A stretch of 64,000 nucleotides of DNA from Macrostomum lignano (lineage: Eukaryota), in assembly GCA_002269645.1 (NCBI GenBank), contig NIVC01000132.1, positions 372,001-436,000 on the forward strand. The letters run 5' to 3'. Of the stretch, positions 11,501 to 22,795 are shown piece after piece. The notes under the pieces were generated by a model. It did not search any database, had not been told where the DNA came from, and saw only the letters and a program-made list of their open reading frames with translations. The position numbers and the translations under genes were made by a program. Numbering within the stretch: the stretch's first letter is position 1; each line of letters begins with the position of its first letter.

Positions 11501-12749
11501 CTTTAGGGGATTCATTGCAGTGCCAGGGGCTGGCGGCGGGGGTCTGAGGATCTGGGAAGGTAGCGGTGGTGGCCCAGCAACTGAGGATCTGGGAGGGTGG
11601 CGGTGGGGGCCCAGCAACTGAGGATCTGGGAGGGTAGCGGCGGGGGCCCAGCAACTGAGGATCTGGGAGGGTAGCGGTGGGGGCCCAGCAACTGAGGATC
11701 TGGGAAGGTAGCGGTGGTGGCCCAGCAACTGAGGATCTGGGAGGGTGGCGGTGGGGGCCCAGCAACTGAGGATCTGGGAGGGTGGCGGTGGGGGCCCAGC
11801 AACTGAGGATCTGGGAGGGTAGCGGTGGGGGCCCAGCAACTGAGAATCTGGGAGGGTGGCGGTGGGGGCCCAGCAACTGAGGATCTGGGAGGGTAGCGGT
11901 GGGGGCCCAGCAACTGAGAATCTGGGAGGGTGGCGGTGGGGGCCCAGCAACTGAGAATCTGGGAGGGTGGCCGTGGTGGCCCAGCAACTGAGAATCTGGG
12001 AGGGTGGCGGTGGGGGCCCAGCAACTGAGGATCTGGGAGGGTAGCGGTGGGGGCCCAGCAACTGAGAATCTGGGAGGGTTAGAAGCCGAGGTTGAAAGTG
12101 TGGGGCACGAAATTTTAAGGTCCAACCCAAACAGATTAGGCGAGACGAAAGAGAAAAACTTGTATAGAGAAGTGCGACAACAGCAGATCAATTCTGAATG
12201 AGCTGTGAGCATTCTTAACCGCTTGTACAAGGATTGCATAAAGAAGGTCAACCAAAACTAAGCAGCACTGACCCTCGCTGAACGGGAACTGCTGCAGTTT
12301 AACGATGGCCTCTACATTGGCGGTAACAGAAGACCCGCCGGAGATTTCTACATCCAGACGGAAGCGCAACTGGCTTGGCAAGGTCCGCTTTACCAGTGAT
12401 GAACCTGAAGTGGATAAAAATTCAATTTATGTACTACTATAAGTACAGCAAATACGTATATGAAAGCAGTTTCAAATAAAATTGAGAGCTACTCACTGCT
12501 GAGCTGTTCTAAGTAGGGTTTAAGTAAACTCCGATCGTCCCTATACAGCAGCGAGACAATGGGCCTCTGCCGCAGCTGTTCAGCGGTGCAGTCGAGATAC
12601 TTAGACAGATTGGGCGACGCGTAAGCAACCACAGCGGCACGGTTAGCAACCAGGAGGAAGCTGTCGACTAAGTCCAGTACGAGAGCGGCCAGACGCTCTC
12701 CAGGGTCATAATAGGCGGCCAGATTGCCGTCTGGTGCGGCGGTGCTCAT
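8516..12749 (-). CDS. PAS-A/PAS-B protein with C-terminal LxxLL motifs (p160/NCOA/taiman-like); exons 12749-12497, 12404-12273, 11477-11279, 10197-10100, 9521-9392, 9038-8516; 444 aa
   Basis: All five GT-AG introns are phase compatible (1,1,2,1,2). PAS-A-like segment: DSFLLVANRAAVVAYASPNLSKYLDCTAEQLRQRPIVSLLYRDD...ALVCVCRP. PAS-B/PAC-like segment: LGILGEYFLGKQWGQLVAQSDRPIWQRH...SIYRCQVAPGRVAYVKT...LTSTHSIV. The low-complexity tail has LLDLL and LEKLL. Upstream exons may exist (acceptor-like CACAG at 12784-12786). Confidence 0.75.
9065..9352. repeat. About 33-bp degenerate intronic minisatellite
   Basis: Unit approximately GGGATTTGAATTAGTGGCGGACCAGTTATCATG, about 9 copies. Confidence 0.85.
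9655..10092. repeat. 20-bp intronic minisatellite (two subtypes)
   Basis: GAGACAGGTGAGTGAGCAAG/GAAA units, followed by GAGACAGACAGGTA(A/G)GTGAG units. Confidence 0.95.
10375..10826. repeat. 35-bp intronic minisatellite
   Basis: Unit CTCAAACTGAGGATCTGGGAGTGGGTGAATGA(C/A)TG, about 13 copies. Confidence 0.95.
11545..12079. repeat. 37-bp G-rich intronic minisatellite
   Basis: Unit GCAACTGAGGATCTGGGAGGGT(G/A)GCGGTGGGGGCCCA, about 14 copies, related to the array at 7853-8292. Confidence 0.95.
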
Positions 12750-13269
12750 GGCGGGCTGGCCTCCTGCCCTGACTGGGGTGCCGCTGTGCACATGCAGTGC
12801 AATTAGTCAAGTTTAAATGATTTTTTCTAGTTGAAACTTAACTCATAAAAGACATTTTAAAATAGTAGTTAGACAACATAAGGACTAAGGATAAGCATAA
12901 AAAGTACATGATATAGGCCCCAATAAAAATATATTGGTATTTTACTTCAAATATTTAGAGCCAAATTAAATATTTAGTTTTGTCTATAATAAAAAACGAA
13001 TATACATTATTTAAAGAAAAGCTGCACATGTTTTTATAAATTAATTACATAGGAATAGCAATTAATAAAGTAGAATAGACAAAAATATAGTATAAAATAA
13101 CTTAAAAAATTTTTAAAGGTATACAAAACAATGCATAATAAAAATTGTGTAACATTGTGATAATTAAATTTGATAAAAATGCACATTCAATTGAATTATT
13201 TTTGTATACAGTTCATTTAGTTGTTATACTTTAACTAATAAATTATTGTTAAAACTACTAGTTCCAAAT

Positions 13270-13847
13270 GGGAGCACAAGAAATGCCTGCAGACAAATTG
13301 CCCACCAAGATTTGCCCACAGGAGATTTGCCCGTCAAGATTTGCCCATCGAGCTTTTCCTGCCAAGATTTGCCTGTGAGCAAATTGCCTGTGGAGATTTG
13401 CCTGCCAAGATTTGCCTGTGAGCAAATTGCCTGTGGAGATTTGCCTGCCAAGATTTGCCTGTGAGCAAATTGCCTGTGGAGATTTGCCTGCAGTGAATTT
13501 GGCAGCTAGATTCTGCCTTCATTGCCTCCCCCCAAAAAATATGCATTATTACTATTATTAAGACTTACTAAGCATTGGGAAGGCAATGTAGACAAAATCT
13601 GCTGTGTGGCCAAATGCACTGCAGGAAAAAAGCATTGCAGGCAAACCATGGCGGGAAAAAACTTGGTGGGCAATTGGCTCGCAGGCAATTCACTTGGGGG
13701 AAAATTGCACTGTGGGCAAATCTTGATGGGCAATTCTCAGAGGGCAAATCTCCATAGGCAATTTGCTGATAGGCAAATGCACTATGGGCAAATCTCAGTG
13801 GGAAAAGCTTGACGGGCAAATTTCCTGTGGGCAATTTTCAAGGACCC
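13270..13847. mobile_element. Foldback-type Mutator-like MITE
   Basis: GGG...CCC termini. Arms are made of roughly 10-12-bp repeats (GATTTGCCC/TG on the left, GGGCAAAT on the right) in inverted orientation. Flanks GTTCCAAAT (13261-13269) and ATTCCAAAC (13848-13856) form a degenerate 9-bp TSD. Confidence 0.7.
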
Positions 13848-14877
13848 ATTCCAAACATTTCAAACAATTTGCAATGTTGTCTAACTAAAAAAACTAAACA
13901 TTCACATTGGAATTATTCAGGTCTAGGCAATAATTGGTTTAGTCACTTCCAAGTATTGAGTACCAATGATCTAAATTAGGGGTGACTGAGTATCAAGTAC
14001 TAAGTGCTGAGCTGATATAGCTTCTAAATTTTAAAAAATAATGTTTTGAAAATTGATGTCTTACCTTTTCTAGAAAAGAAAGCTATGAATTTTCCTTTTA
14101 AAGTTCTAATTAGTATTGCTAAGATAAGAAGTAAAATCATTTTTATTATAATTACTCATCTAATACTTGATAAAACAATTTATAAATATAATTAGTTATA
14201 CAAAGTGGGGCAATAACTAATGTACACACATATTTATGATTGTGCTTTATAGAATATATAATACCAGTAACAAAATCTGCAATTGCCTAGTAAGTAGAAT
14301 ATAAATTTCTCAGATAAAGTTCTTAACTTTATTATTGATAGGCAAGGATGTATACATTTATGGGAAAGTTGACTTGATCTTAATTAAAACATCTATATGG
14401 GTTCAAAACATCAAACATCCATACATGCGCAACCCCCCTGATTTACACTGGCCATGCGACTTACTTTTTGACCAAAAAATGCGACTTACCTGTGAAAGAA
14501 ACCTAACGCAATTTTGGGTAAACGGCAGGAGTAACTATGAATGTCTTATAAGGGCTAAATGCCTCGTAATCTAATTAGTACTACATCTGTATTCTTTAGG
14601 CTGGGCATTTTTGCGACTTACCCCTGGTCCACCACAATTTATAGTGGCCAGATCGGCCAGGTCGGCCAGCAGTTGCGCATGTATGCTAACATCTATATGA
14701 AAATATAAGTGAAAACAATATTTAAAAACAACTAAATAAGCTTTTAAACTTGCAAAGCAGACTAATTTTGGCAAATGACATAAAACAACAAGAAAATTTT
14801 TTGTATCTATAGTAGAAAAACCTACATCTAAGCATAGAAAATAAGATAAAGAAAAATAGTATATCAATTTTTATTGG

Positions 14878-15047
14878 CAGGCATGGATCAAGAAAATTTT
14901 TGAGGAGGGGGCCAAGCTATACCAAGCACTACAACCCCATATTGGAAAATAGACCTGGCATAATAGTAGGCTAAAAAAGTATAACCAACTTTTTTGCTGC
15001 GGCTGAGGAGGCATGGCCCCCTTGGCCCCTCTCTAGATCTGCCCCTG
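14878..15047. mobile_element. 170-bp hAT-type MITE
   Basis: Imperfect TIRs CAGGCATGGATCAAG and CTAGATCTGCCCCTG, with a perfect 8-bp TSD TTTATTGG at 14870-14877 and 15048-15055. Confidence 0.88.
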
Positions 15048-15092
15048 TTTATTGGATATGGGAAGCAGCTAGCCTCTCTTTGGAGGGGCATC

Positions 15093-16205
15093 ACAAACCC
15101 TAAAAATCACATTCTCTAAACACATTATATCATAAACCCTAAATATCATAACTCCTAAATATCACATTCTCTAAACTCCAAAATGCAGTCCCTATCATAA
15201 GCCCTAAATATCATAACTCCTAAATATCACATTCTCTAAACTCCAAAAGGCTCATTCCATATAGGATGGACATATTTGGAAAATAGAAAAAAGTCAATAT
15301 TTTTGCTTGCCATTGCCTAATTAGCCTATTTTTTTACCAAATGTTTATATTGTGCAATATATACAATCTAAGAATAAAGGAATGGTAAAATGTTGGATTA
15401 GTATGTTATCAATTGGCAAAAAGTCATTTTTGTAAAAATTTGGACATTTTTCGAAGCAAAAGACATCATTAAGATTTTGTACCTTTTAAAAACAAATAGA
15501 AAGCTTTTGAAGGTTGAAACAAACTATAGATAAAAGTATAGTACTTGCATCATCAGATAAAAGCATTGGTGACCAAATAATCTATTATATTTTTAATGTA
15601 TTAGTACCTCAAAGTTACTGAATTGACAGAAAAAAATATGTTACGACCATAATGTTACGACCATAAGGCTGCCTTTTCTTTTGTATCTTTGTTGCCTTTT
15701 GAGTTTATATATTCTAATAAAAGAATATGATTTCTAAAGATGTTCTTAGCTTAGTCAAATTTTAAAAATGTATTGCAAAATATCAAAAATGAAAAATGTT
15801 ATAAGACTTTTACCTTTTAGTTTCTATATGTCAAAAATCCTGTCGTTAGGACCATAAGTGTCATTTAAGGTTTAATAGCATCTATACTAATGATGATATC
15901 TATATGAAACTCTATAAATATATTCTAGACAAAATAATCTTTCATTTAAAATATTGGTTTAGTATATTCTATTATTAGAATTCATTTTATAAGTAAAAAT
16001 AACCTGTCATGTTACGACCATGCTTATATGGAATGAGCCAAAATGCAGTTTCTATCACAAACCCTAAATATCATAACCCTTAAATATCATTTCTAAAATC
16101 TTACAAGACATTTCACAAACCCTAAATATCATATTCTCTAACTTCCAAAACACAATCCATATCCCAAACCCTAAATATCATAACCCCATAAATATCACAT
16201 AATCT
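15093..16205. repeat. Degenerate minisatellite (about 64-bp period) interrupted by the 791-bp MITE
   Basis: CACAAACCCTAAATATCATAAC...CATTCTCTAAACTCCAAAATGCAGT units lie on both sides of 15249-16039. Confidence 0.8.
15249..16039 (+). mobile_element. 791-bp MITE with GGCTCATTCCATATA(A/G)G TIRs and an AAAA target duplication
   Basis: TIRs at 15249-15265 and 16023-16039, with AAAA on both sides. The empty-site sequence CTCCAAAATGCAGT is visible in the neighbouring repeat unit (about 15176-15189). Internal GTTACGACCAT repeats are present. Confidence 0.9.
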
Positions 16206-16503
16206 AAGTTTATTATCCAAATGTTCAAAATAGCATAGAGAAAATCCATCCACACCTTCTATTGTAAAAGTTGTATGTTTAGTTGAGCAGTCTTGAGTGT
16301 TTGGTCAAAGTATTCCAGGTGAGCTGGGTTGGAATCTTGGATGCAATCCCAACACTATGCATCAATATAAAGAAAATAAGAAAGTACATTTGGGAAAAAT
16401 GTGCTTTGGCTCCACACTCTCCTTCCCTCTTTTGTCCTCCTAATCTTTCTCTGCCTTTTTGTCTTTCTCTTTTGTCTCTCTATCTCTTTCTGTTCTTTGC
16501 CTT

Positions 16504-16552
16504 GCTCTCTCTTTCTCTCCCTCCCTCTCTCTCGCTCTCTCTCGCTCTCTCA

Positions 16553-16627
<75 letters not shown>
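16504..16627. repeat. (CT)n microsatellite
   Basis: Direct inspection. Confidence 0.97.
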
Positions 16628-16630
<3 letters not shown>

Positions 16631-16699
16631 AAGCATCCAATACTAAGGCACAAAAAAGAAGACAAGAATTTAAAGACAATGTCTCTTTTTTTAAGCTTT

Positions 16700-19600
16700 C
16701 AAACCGAGTATGAGCACTAGCCTTCCATTTGATACCATTAGCTCAATAAACTCTGAAATAGTTCAAGGACAGTTTCAAATGTTGAGATCTGATGTAGAAG
16801 CAGTCCAATTGGCAAAGACTTCAAATAGGTTAAAGTATATATTTTTCAAAGCACCGCTAAATGAAGCCCTATGTAAGTCACTTCAAACACTGTCATCTTG
16901 TGTTCTTAAAATGAGGTGCTACTACCATATTCAAACTCTGCAATCCAGAAAATGTAATTGTCCTTTTTGGACTGTAAGTGTCTTGCAAAGTAGCTGGATG
17001 CAGTAGAATCTACACTTTCATTATGGAATGGCTGCCCCAAAGTTTGGAGCAGTAGGATTGGCTTGTCAAGGGAGAAGGTGTTTTTTTGCCATGACAACGG
17101 TAGCCATCCAACTTTTTGATGGATTACCTTAGCTGAAGAAGAGTGCATTTGTCCTTTAGTCACCTCTTGTGGAGCTACTGCTTCTTACAGGCAATTACTG
17201 AATAAAGAGCATAGAGCACACATTCTAGCAAAATTTTTTGACTCTTGTAAGACAAAAAATGTGCTGAAGCAGGTTATGAAGCGCATTAGGAATGGTGAGA
17301 GTCTGCACAAAGAAGTAAGCCAAGAATTATTTATGGTAAAGATTGCACTTTTGGATGAGTATCCTCACTCTTATTTGATAGGAGTCATTAAAGAGCATTG
17401 CTTAGATCCTGTCTGACTAATAATGTACATGGGGCATTAGATAGAGTACCTAATTTCTGTCATCAAGCAAAGCAGCAGGACACTTCTTCATATTAATTCA
17501 ACCGGCTCAATAATTAAGAAGTCCAGCGACCCTAGTTGATGTTTTTATACACTGTGGTGACCACAGCATTCAAAACTGAGCAGTCCTGCTCCATCACTGA
17601 CTGCATCACAAATGAGCACAATGTAGCTTCAATTTCAACTTTTCTTCGCTTGCTGAGACACCATATCTTAAATATGATTTCCATTGTCCGGCAGTCATAC
17701 CTGCCCATTATTCGGGTCACTGATTTCTCATGGGCGCTGATTTACAGCTGTTTGGAATTCACCAGTGTGACTTGGAAACATATATTGGGTTACATTTTCA
17801 TTATTTTGAAAAGTCCCAAATGTATGAGCATATATACAGATATATTTTTATGCAATAACAATTTGATGCATTAAGCAAGTCAGTATTTGAGGCGCAAAAA
17901 GACACCAAAACATATCAGAGAGAAATTCTTTACCTATTTCAGTTTAATTATTACATCCAAAAGCATAGAAGTAAAAGAAATAATAAATGACATGATGACA
18001 ATATTTTTATCTCAGACCAAGGAAGGCTATCTGACTTTGCAAGCTAAACTGAATGCTAAGGCAGGTAGTTGTCAGTACTTTCAGGAGCCATTATCTGATG
18101 CTGAATACAACGAAAAGCAAGAAATGATTGAAAGTGAAAACAAAAAGCTAAAAAAATCTGCATACTGGCTGTCACCATATTATATGTACTTCAACAAGCT
18201 ATGAGATTAATTGATGGAGAAACTAAGGCAGCAGCCAACCAAACACTGTAGCACTAATGAATTTTTTTGTCCAGACCTTGTAAGCCTCCTCATTTTGCAC
18301 TACTTAGCATTTCTTCTATTATGGAGTGCTAGTACATGGAGTCACGCATTTAAAGCCTCGTTGATGAAGTCTCCATTCTTTCCATTCTCTCCATTAGAAA
18401 TTAGAATTAGAATTAGTCTCCATTCCATGCTCATGTAGAAAGCTGGTTTAAAAGAGTCAAAGAATCTTACAGACTACCTTTGTCCATGGGGCAGTTTGCG
18501 ACAATCAATGCCAAATTTATTAAAGAAAGACTTGTTGAAGCTAGTATTATGAACTGGGTAAAATTGCACCCTCAATTTTGCAAAGTTAAAAAAAAGTTAT
18601 GAAAATGCTGAGAGAGCCAAAGAGCGATGGAGTAGAAAGCAAGCTAGATATGGAAGTAGTAAAACTCCAGGTCACTTTTTGCAAGCTTTTCCTGGTCTGT
18701 CAGCCACTCCTGCTTCACCACAAGCTCTTACTACTGGTCCATCAGCCGCTACTGCGCCATTACAAGGTTTCTCTGCAAAAAGAGTAATAATTTTGCGAGA
18801 CATTCGAGGAACCCCCATTACTGATGACCACGTAAACTCTCTGAATGGACAAAACTAGCTAGAGTATTTGGTAAGAAAAGTGGAAACTTAAACAAAAACA
18901 CTTAGCAACATTAAAATCAGTTATAACAATGTCTCATTTATACTCTTAGGTAGTGTATGGCTATCTGGCTGCTGTTGCAAGTGGAACTGACAGTGTTGTC
19001 ATGCAGCAGAGCGACTTCTTCCCACTCTTCAATTTAACAGACGACATCTCTGATGCGACGTGAACTTCTCTGCAGAACTATTTTATTGGAAGAGAGGTAC
19101 GCATTGATAAACTGCAACGAAACACCTGGTGACACTTTATATTCTTAGTATACGAGTATATTGCATGTATACTTCTGCATATATCCTTTCAACCACCTTG
19201 CCTAGATCACTATCCAGATAATCGTGCCCATGCTAACTCAGAGTCATTTTGGGTCTCTGGCAATCAAGTGCCATGCTCTGAGAATTTATCAACTGAACTC
19301 CATGAATCACTCTAATAAAAGGCAGCGAATAGCTTTAGAATGCGTAAACAAGTTTGAGTGAATCACAAAAGCCCCATTTACAGTAATTACATATAGAATC
19401 TCAAAATACTACTGCACTAAGTTGCCTTAAATGGTGATTTCTAATTCCACTGATGCAAAACTTATTCTAGTGCACTTCTGGCTTGAGACCCCACAGCAAG
19501 TCCACTGCCACATCCTCATCTCGAGCAGTTGTGCTATAAAACTTTCAAGTTAATAAATCAGTTGTGCACACAGCAGAAGGACTTGTACTCATGTGGTGTT

Positions 19601-20023
19601 CTAACTTGCATTTTTGGTTGCAATATGCTACTGGAAAAGTGCACCATTATTGCAAACTGCACTCAAACCAAGCTTGCGACTACACGAAATATTATTACAG
19701 CTGCACTGCAAAACTTTTGCGAGACATGCCAACAGCCCACCTGTAAGCTCTATGGAAAGGAAGAGCCACTGGGTCAGGACAGCCAGATTGAATGGGTAAA
19801 CCTATATACTTGCATAAAGCTCTTTGCATTGCTAAGAAAATGTAGCATTAACTTTTCCACATCTTGCAGATCAAGTGTCCATCATGCCTCTTTTGACACC
19901 ACAAAATCTGCTAAAACAGAAGCAAGAATGTCAATGTGTGTGGGATGTGCTATGCCATTGACAATTAAACTTGGAAATGCAGATCATAGAAGCCACAGTG
20001 CTTATAATAATCTTTTTTCCTAA
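16700..20023 (+). pseudogene. Decayed NOF-FB/Rehavkus-type Mutator transposase with Ulp1-like and PHD-like C-terminal remnants
   Basis: Stop-riddled + frames give LHINSTGSIIKK (DATGS-type motif, D to N), ITNEHNVASISTFL, VTDFSWALI and FLCNNNLMH, typical of NOF-like MULE transposases. QQKDLYSCGVLTCIF at about 19570-19615 resembles the Ulp1 catalytic Cys motif. CETC...EWV...H...CVGC at about 19720-19950 is PHD-like. Element ends were not identified. Confidence 0.6.
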
Positions 20024-21811
20024 TGCCCTAACAATGCGCCTAATTCGCTTAATTGCAAAATCGCTTAATACTTGTAATAATATTAATACTAATCACAATA
20101 ATAATACCAAATAATGTTTGGATTGTAATACTGCACAATTTATAAAAATTGAAAAAATAATTGTCTTAAGCATTCTACAATACACTTGTATGTTAGCAAG
20201 GCTCTATGCAATGGTTAATAAATGGAAAAGTAGGCAAGCATCTGAACAAATATTGATTAAAAATCAGTGAAGTTTCTGAATGTGAGTTCGAGCAAAGCAA
20301 TGTTTAGTCTTGAATATCTCAGCATTGAAGCTGTCTAAGGTGCCATTTTAAAGCTGAGACATGCGTAGAGTAAATTGAAGCATTTTTTAATCCAGTATCT
20401 GCTTTTAGGCTGCTACGATCAAAACAATTTCAGTCAATGGTAAAGCAATGGCTAATCAGAGTGTGCTAAGCAATTTTTTAATCAATGCATGTCAGAAAGA
20501 TTTTTACTTCAGTTAATAAATTAAAGCTTATTCAACGCCCAACACTTGCATAAATATTTGCCAAAAAGATGGTTGAGGCAGGTCAATTTTGTTAAAAGTT
20601 ACAGACAATTGTTTTGAATGTCTGTCTGAATATCTGTTGTGAAACCCTCACATGAAATAATAGACAAAGACTATGGATGAGATGCCAATGGTCTAGGGAC
20701 AAATAATAGTATATAACTAAAGTGGTTTGGGGTAAGGGCAACATAGCCAGAATTCCTTTATTCTGAACTAGTTGTTATGAATAGAATTTTTTATAGAAAT
20801 TCAAGTTTAATGAAAATCAGTTGAGCCATTTTTAAATCAACGACATATCTAAATAAATTTAGACATTTTAGAGACATTATTTTTAGTATTAAATAGTATC
20901 TAAATCTAAATTTCATTTAAAAAATTGATATAGGTAGGCCTAAAGGGAATTAGTAAGGCCTAGTCATAAAGTATTAGTTAAAATTCATTGTTTTGCTTTT
21001 ATTAAAAAACACGGATAAAGTTTGAAGGACAGGGGTCGGGCCCCCTAATACATAATACCTAATACTACTGTGTATTAGTATTTGAATTGAATAGAATCTT
21101 TGTTAATAATGGAGCCAATGCCTAAGGCCAATTATTAATGGAATTTAAGGTCAATTCTTAATGAAAATGAAAGCCAATTCTTAGGGCCTAATGGAATTTA
21201 TTAAATAAATCAATAAAAGAAAGAGCTTAACGCTTAACTTTCCTGCCATCCATTTTTGATATGAATCAAATAGGTTTGGAAGTTAAAATGACTCAATTTA
21301 CGAGAATCTTTACACGTTTGCACTTTAATATGAACAAAGAGTTAATAAAAAGAGATGATAAAACAGAAATCAACTAACATCAACTAAGTTTCAGATCTAA
21401 GAATGACTTGAGTACAAGCAGCTTTGTTATGATTATAGTACCATTAATTCCGGAGGTTAGTTATTTTATTATTTTATGATTCTCCGACAGTGTTTCCGGC
21501 ATAAATTAAAATTAAAGACGAATTGTTTTTAGATTTTGCAGAACCTCTAGTCAGTACGAGAATGTTACAACTAGACTTCAAAGTAAATTTTTCTTAAGGA
21601 TCACTGTAGATAACTATCCTACATATGCTTCAAACGATTTTATTTAGTAGTTGCCCTAAAAGTGGCGCTTTTTATGCTTTTACTCCAGAAGCCTTTGAAC
21701 TAAAGTTTGCTTACATTATATTAACTATGCGTCCACAGTAGGCAGTAAGTAGCTGCTGAGAATTCTGAAGGCGTTTGAAGTTTATTCGATCGATCGCTGG
21801 CAAATATTAGA

Positions 21812-21940
21812 CAGTATATATAAATGTAGAGCCGTTTTTAGGCTGTAGGTAGTATATATAAATGTAGAGCAAAGTTGCTAAAAGTCGTACATGTATTCGT
21901 TTTTTGTTGCTAAAACTAAAAGTGGTACATGTATTCGATC
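21812..21940. repeat. Two short local direct duplications
   Basis: AGTATATATAAATGTAGAGC occurs twice and AAAAGT(C/G)GTACATGTATTCG occurs twice. Confidence 0.6.
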
Positions 21941-22795
21941 TTAGAATACTAATATCAGACAAAAACCAAAGGCTTTCATTGTTTTAAGCGAAGTTGACTT
22001 CTAGAACAAAAATTGTATGTATGCCATGCATATTGGCCTTACTTACCCCCTTCCTATTATTTCATTCATACTCACGTATTAATGATGTAATCCTTGCACA
22101 CCCCCCTCCTTAATATGTAATAATAGCTAGCTGTACCAACTGTGAAAAATTGCACAACTTACTGCAGGGTAACTTTTTTCATGCAGCTTTAAATTGTGCT
22201 TATAGGTTAACTTAACGGCAAAACTTGCCGTAGGGCGGTACATTTTGAGCTCATGCTGAGTAATTATAGTTGATCATGCATGACTTGACAGCTAAAAATT
22301 GATACAGAAATAAGGTCATAGCCTCACAGGCATTGAATTTACACACTTTTGACAACAACAGATCAGATACATGTAAATGTAGCCACAGCTTCGGCTACGA
22401 TGGCCAGCAGGAGCGCGTGCTCGTTTGATTTATGTCGAGTTTCAGCAGTGCCTATAAAAAGCGCGCTTTCTGTTTTCTTAATCTTATCAGCACTCGCGCG
22501 CGGCCTGTATTCTAGCAAGCTGCAATGTCGAAAAAGCATTCGTGAAATTAAGAGATAATGGTAATTGCTAGAGGCGTTTTTCAGCTTGACACAGCAGATA
22601 TTCATTATCTAGCTGTCAGACACTCAATGTTGCTGCAGCTATAAACGATAGCCTACACAAATACCTGAGCAGAGTGAAAAATAAGCATTTGTTGCTGTCT
22701 CTGACTAGCACCAGAGTCAATTCCTCACCTGGAAAGCAAACAGAGACGCATTGATCCTCGCTGTGCAGACAGCGGGGAGAGTCAACAATAAAAGC

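Noticed and set aside
4287-12079. CRISPR-like appearance of the 28-37-bp repeat arrays
   Set aside because: Units are head-to-tail with no unique spacers, there are no cas genes, and the context is spliceosomal introns.
7623-12251. Pro/Leu/Ser-rich ORFs (7623-8321, 9519-10186, 11420-12251 and similar)
   Set aside because: They are translations of stop-free minisatellites lying in introns or 3' of the PAS gene. Only the short parts overlapping real exons are coding.
14436-14630. GCGACTTAC x3 ending in ...CCCCTG as a transposon end
   Set aside because: No matching opposite terminus or TSD was found.
22218-22234. Small perfect hairpin ACGGCAA-AAC-TTGCCGT as a Helitron 3' end
   Set aside because: No CTRR terminus follows at the expected distance.
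22363-22605. Candidate missing bHLH exon of the PAS gene
   Set aside because: The resemblance is weak, and no convincing donor of the required phase 2 was found.
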